From NCBI GenBank assembly GCA_963785725.1, contig CAWAWS010000006.1, forward strand, positions 120,128 through 184,127: a stretch of 64,000 nucleotides of DNA, read 5' to 3'. Made by a program: the position numbers and the translations under genes. The notes under the pieces are model-generated. The model was given only the letters and a program-made list of their open reading frames with translations, made no database searches and was not told the DNA's origin. Source of the stretch: an uncultured delta proteobacterium. Lineage in GTDB: Bacteria; Myxococcota_A; Polyangia; Palsa-1104. This document shows positions 61,044 to 64,000 of the stretch, piece by piece; position 1 is the stretch's first letter; each line of letters starts with the position of its first letter.

Positions 61044-61175
61044 GCAGTACGAAGGCTGACAAGCTGGCCTTCTGGCGAGGCGACAAGGAGCGAAAGCGAA
61101 GGAGCGCACTCTATTGCGTGACTGAGCTGAGCGACGAAGGCAACGAAGCCAGAAGGACAGATCGTCAGCCGATCT

Positions 61176-61249
61176 AGGCCAGTAGCTCTAATTGGTAGAG
61201 CAGCGGACTCCAAATCCGCGGGATGGGGGTTCGAATCCCTCCTGGCCTG
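61176..61249 (+). tRNA. tRNA-Trp (anticodon CCA)
   Basis: Acceptor AGGCCAG/CTGGCCT, anticodon stem GCGGA/TCCGC with loop CTCCAAA, T-arm GGGGG-TTCGAAT-CCCTC. Length 74 nt. Confidence 0.9.
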
Positions 61250-61340
61250 CTGCCCCCCGGAAGATGTAGCGGCGAGCTGAGCGCGAGCTCGACGAGAAAA
61301 CTCCGCCGAACGCAGTAACGGTGGATTGCCCGGAGAGAAA

Positions 61341-61694
61341 ATGGAACGGAAGTGGGTCCACGTCATGTTCGCAGTCGCCGGCATTCTGCTGGCGTGGCTG
61401 CTCTCCAAGTGCGGAGAGTGGGCGTGGAGCTATTTCGGCCGGCCGAACGGTTTTTACGTCGGCGCCGGCTCGATTCTCGTCGCTGGCGTCGCCACGTACA
61501 TCTGTTGGAAGAACGAGCAGATCTTTGCGCTCGCCAACGAGGTCACGACCGAGCTGAGCAAGGTCACCTGGCCGACCCGCAAAGAGACGGTGAGCTCCAC
61601 GATCATCGTGATCATCACGACCATCGTCGCCGCGCTGCTGCTCGGCCTCTTCGATGCGACGTGGTCTTGGGTCACCCGCATGATTTATGGGTAA
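61341..61694 (+). CDS. secE: preprotein translocase subunit SecE
   Basis: ORF 61326..61694 trimmed to ATG 61341 (GGAG 5 nt upstream). It has multiple TM helices and the conserved C-terminal [26 protein letters not shown] segment. It sits in the canonical position before nusG. Confidence 0.9.
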   Translation: MERKWVHVMFAVAGILLAWLLSKCGEWAWSYFGRPNGFYVGAGSILVAGVATYICWKNEQIFALANEVTTELSKVTWPTRKETVSSTIIVIITTIVAALLLGLFDATWSWVTRMIYG

Positions 61695-61740
61695 TCAAAC
61701 GATGGAATCGATCACCACCGGCGAGCGGGAAGGCAAGTCA

Positions 61741-62268
61741 ATGGCGATGAAGTGGTACGTGGTCCACACTTATTCGGGCCACGAGAACAAGGCGCGCTTG
61801 TCCCTGCAGGAACGGGTCAAGCAGATGAATAAGGACGCCCAGTTCGGGCAGGTTCTTATTCCGACCGAGTCCGTTCTCGAGATGGTCAAAGGTCAGAAGC
61901 GCACCACCACGCGCAAATTCTATCCGGGCTACATGTTCGTCCAGATGGAGCTGAGCGAGGAGACCTTCCACCTCGTCAAGAACACGCCCAAGATCACCGG
62001 CTTCCTCGGCGGCACCAATCCCACGCCGGTGCCGGAAAAGGACATCGCCGCGATCAACTCGCAGATGTCCGACGGTGCGCAGAAACCCAAGCCGCGCATC
62101 AGCTTCGAAGAAGGCGAGAACGTTCGCGTCATCGAAGGCCCCTTCGCCAACTTCTCCGGTCTGGTCGAAGAAGTGAAGCCGGAGAAGCAAAAATTGCGCG
62201 TCCTCGTCAGCATTTTCGGACGCGCAACTCCGGTCGAGCTCGATTTCGCCCAGGTCGAAAAAGCCTAA
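61741..62268 (+). CDS. nusG: transcription termination/antitermination factor NusG
   Basis: ORF 61687..62268 trimmed to ATG 61741 ([18 protein letters not shown]...). It has the NGN domain and a KOW motif ([21 protein letters not shown]). Confidence 0.95.
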   Translation: MAMKWYVVHTYSGHENKARLSLQERVKQMNKDAQFGQVLIPTESVLEMVKGQKRTTTRKFYPGYMFVQMELSEETFHLVKNTPKITGFLGGTNPTPVPEKDIAAINSQMSDGAQKPKPRISFEEGENVRVIEGPFANFSGLVEEVKPEKQKLRVLVSIFGRATPVELDFAQVEKA

Positions 62269-62375
62269 CCCTCCACTTCATGGGAGCTTCGAAGCGGGTG
62301 AGAGCGCGCCCGTGACGATTCTCCTTGCAATTTTAGTGGAATTGGTCCAATAAAGCCGCTCCCCAAGGGTGCGTC

Positions 62376-62801
62376 ATGAAGAAGATTACAGGTCTCATCA
62401 AGTTACAAGTTCCGGCGGGTAAGGCAAACCCGTCGCCGCCGGTCGGCCCCGCGTTGGGTCAGCACGGCGTGAACATTATGGAATTCTGCAAGGGCTTCAA
62501 CGCCCGCACCCAAGCGCAGATGAAAGACGACCTGATCATTCCGGTCGTCATCACGGTCTATAACGATCGTTCGTTCACCTTCATTACGAAGACGCCGCCG
62601 GCGGCGATCCTTCTGAAGAAGGCCGCGAAGATCGAAAAGGGCTCGGGCGAGCCGAACAAGAACAAGGTCGGCAAGGTGACCAAAGCTCAGGTGCGCGAGA
62701 TCGCGCAGCTGAAGCTGCCCGACCTGAACACCACCAATCTCGAGTCGGCGATTCGCACTGTCGAAGGTGCCGCCCGCTCGATGGGTCTCGAGGTCGTTTA
62801 G
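62376..62801 (+). CDS. rplK: 50S ribosomal protein L11
   Basis: 141-aa [45 protein letters not shown].... Confidence 0.97.
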   Translation: MKKITGLIKLQVPAGKANPSPPVGPALGQHGVNIMEFCKGFNARTQAQMKDDLIIPVVITVYNDRSFTFITKTPPAAILLKKAAKIEKGSGEPNKNKVGKVTKAQVREIAQLKLPDLNTTNLESAIRTVEGAARSMGLEVV

Positions 62802-62803
62802 CC

Positions 62804-63517
62804 ATGGCGCACGGCAAGAAATACAAAGCGGCGGATTCGAAGGTCGACCGCGAGCAGAAGTACTCGATGGACGCGGCCTTCACGCTGCTGCCGGAGATGA
62901 AGATCTCGCAGAAGTTCGACGAGACCGTCGACCTGGCGATTCGTCTCGGCGTCGATCCGAAGCACGCCGATCAGATGGTGCGCGGCGCCGTCAACCTGCC
63001 GCACGGCACGGGCAAGACCACGCGCGTCATCGTCTTCGCCAAGGGTGACAAGGCGAAAGAGGCGCAGGACGCGGGCGCTGACGCCGTCGGTGCGGAAGAC
63101 CTCGTCGACCGCATTCAGAAGGAAAACTGGCTCGACTTCGACTCGGCCGTCTCGACGCCGGACCTCATGGGTCTCGTCGGTCGTCTCGGTCGCGTCCTCG
63201 GTCCGCGCGGCCTCATGCCGAACCCGAAGGTCGGCACCGTGACCTTCGATGTCGGCAAGGCGGTCCGCGAGCTCAAGGGCGGTCGCGTCGAGTTCAAGGC
63301 CGAGAAGGCGGGCGTCGTTCACGCGCGCATCGGCAAGATTTCGTTCGGTGGCGACAAGCTGCGCGACAACGCGTGGTCGCTGCTGGAGCTGATTTACAAG
63401 CTCAAGCCGGGTACGGCGAAGGGCACGTACCTGCGGTCGATTGCAGTTTCGACCACGATGAGCCCGAGCATCAAGATCGACGTCAACGAGATCCAGGCGA
63501 AGTTCACGGAAGCTTAA
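62804..63517 (+). CDS. rplA: 50S ribosomal protein L1
   Basis: 237-aa ORF with [30 protein letters not shown]...[15 protein letters not shown]. Confidence 0.97.
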   Translation: MAHGKKYKAADSKVDREQKYSMDAAFTLLPEMKISQKFDETVDLAIRLGVDPKHADQMVRGAVNLPHGTGKTTRVIVFAKGDKAKEAQDAGADAVGAEDLVDRIQKENWLDFDSAVSTPDLMGLVGRLGRVLGPRGLMPNPKVGTVTFDVGKAVRELKGGRVEFKAEKAGVVHARIGKISFGGDKLRDNAWSLLELIYKLKPGTAKGTYLRSIAVSTTMSPSIKIDVNEIQAKFTEA

Positions 63518-63609
63518 GCACCGCCTAAGATCGAAGTCGCGTCGAAGACAGCAGGGGCGCACCCCGCGCTTAATTCGATTGGCCCTGCCGAGACAGGAGT
63601 GAAGAGAAA

Positions 63610-64000
63610 ATGGATCGCGTCACCAAAGAGGCACAGGTTAGCGAGCTGAAGGACAAGCTCGGCCGCGTCTCGTCGATCGTGCTCGCCGACTATCGTGGGC
63701 TCGACGTCCCGACCGTCACCGGTCTGCGCGACGAGTTCCGCAAAGTGCAGTGCGAGTACAAGGTCTTCAAGAACACGCTCGTGAAGTTGGCGATCAAAGG
63801 CACCAAGCTCGAGGGGATGTCGCAGTACCTCGAGGGCCCGACGGCGATGATCCTCTCGTACGAGAGCCCATCGGCGCCGGCCAAGGTGGCCACGACGTTC
63901 GCCAAGACTCAAGAGAAGTTCGTCCTCAAGGGCGGCTACTTCGATGGCACGGTTCTCGACGTCAAAGGACTCGAGGGTCTGGCCACCATGCCCGGCAAGG
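63610..64000 (+). CDS. rplJ: 50S ribosomal protein L10 (3' end beyond window)
   Basis: ATG 63610 follows a GAGTGAAGAG purine-rich stretch. The translation MDRVTKEAQVSELKDKLGRVSSIVLADYRGLDVPTVTGLRDEFRKVQCEYKVFKNTLVKLA... is typical of L10. The ORF is open at the window end. Confidence 0.9.
   Translation, partial: MDRVTKEAQVSELKDKLGRVSSIVLADYRGLDVPTVTGLRDEFRKVQCEYKVFKNTLVKLAIKGTKLEGMSQYLEGPTAMILSYESPSAPAKVATTFAKTQEKFVLKGGYFDGTVLDVKGLEGLATMPGK

Overview
GC-rich (roughly two-thirds G+C by eye, not computed), densely coding chromosomal segment. Gene content looks myxobacterial or deltaproteobacterial: TIGR02266-type PilZ, an AgmX/PglI-type C-terminal domain, FHA-domain sigma54 activators, bactofilin, a PEGA-like kinase tail, and many lipoproteins. 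I support about 65 protein genes, 5 tRNAs, several promoter, terminator and operator candidates, and three sets of tandem repeats. No rRNA, CRISPR array, transposase, integrase or prophage-like block was seen. The right end is the canonical tRNA-Thr/Tyr/Gly/Thr-tuf-rpmG-tRNA-Trp-secE-nusG-rplK-rplA-rplJ cluster. Other housekeeping genes are queC, pcnB, rnr, a dGTPase-like gene, yhhQ, pyrE, gshA, hpt, a upp-like gene, pilT and yjbQ. The rest is regulatory and envelope-heavy: three sigma54 enhancer-binding proteins (two with FHA domains), a hybrid histidine kinase, a REC-PATAN protein, a dual-REC protein, a degenerate Ser/Thr kinase, and a catalytically degenerate PtsP-like protein. The most striking observation is that alaS (46087..48737, minus strand) is broken by about 14 single-nucleotide indels, while its residue-level conservation and all neighbouring genes are intact. 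Other items worth follow-up are a pseudokinase translationally coupled to an FHA-sigma54 activator, sigma54-type promoters in front of an unannotated 55-aa Cys/His mini-ORF and in front of a tandem pair of tiny secreted Lys-rich paralogs, a small histone-tail-like basic protein behind a near-consensus sigma70 promoter, and a GT2 glycosyltransferase fused to a LolB-like domain. All functional calls come from motif recognition by eye. No database search was run.
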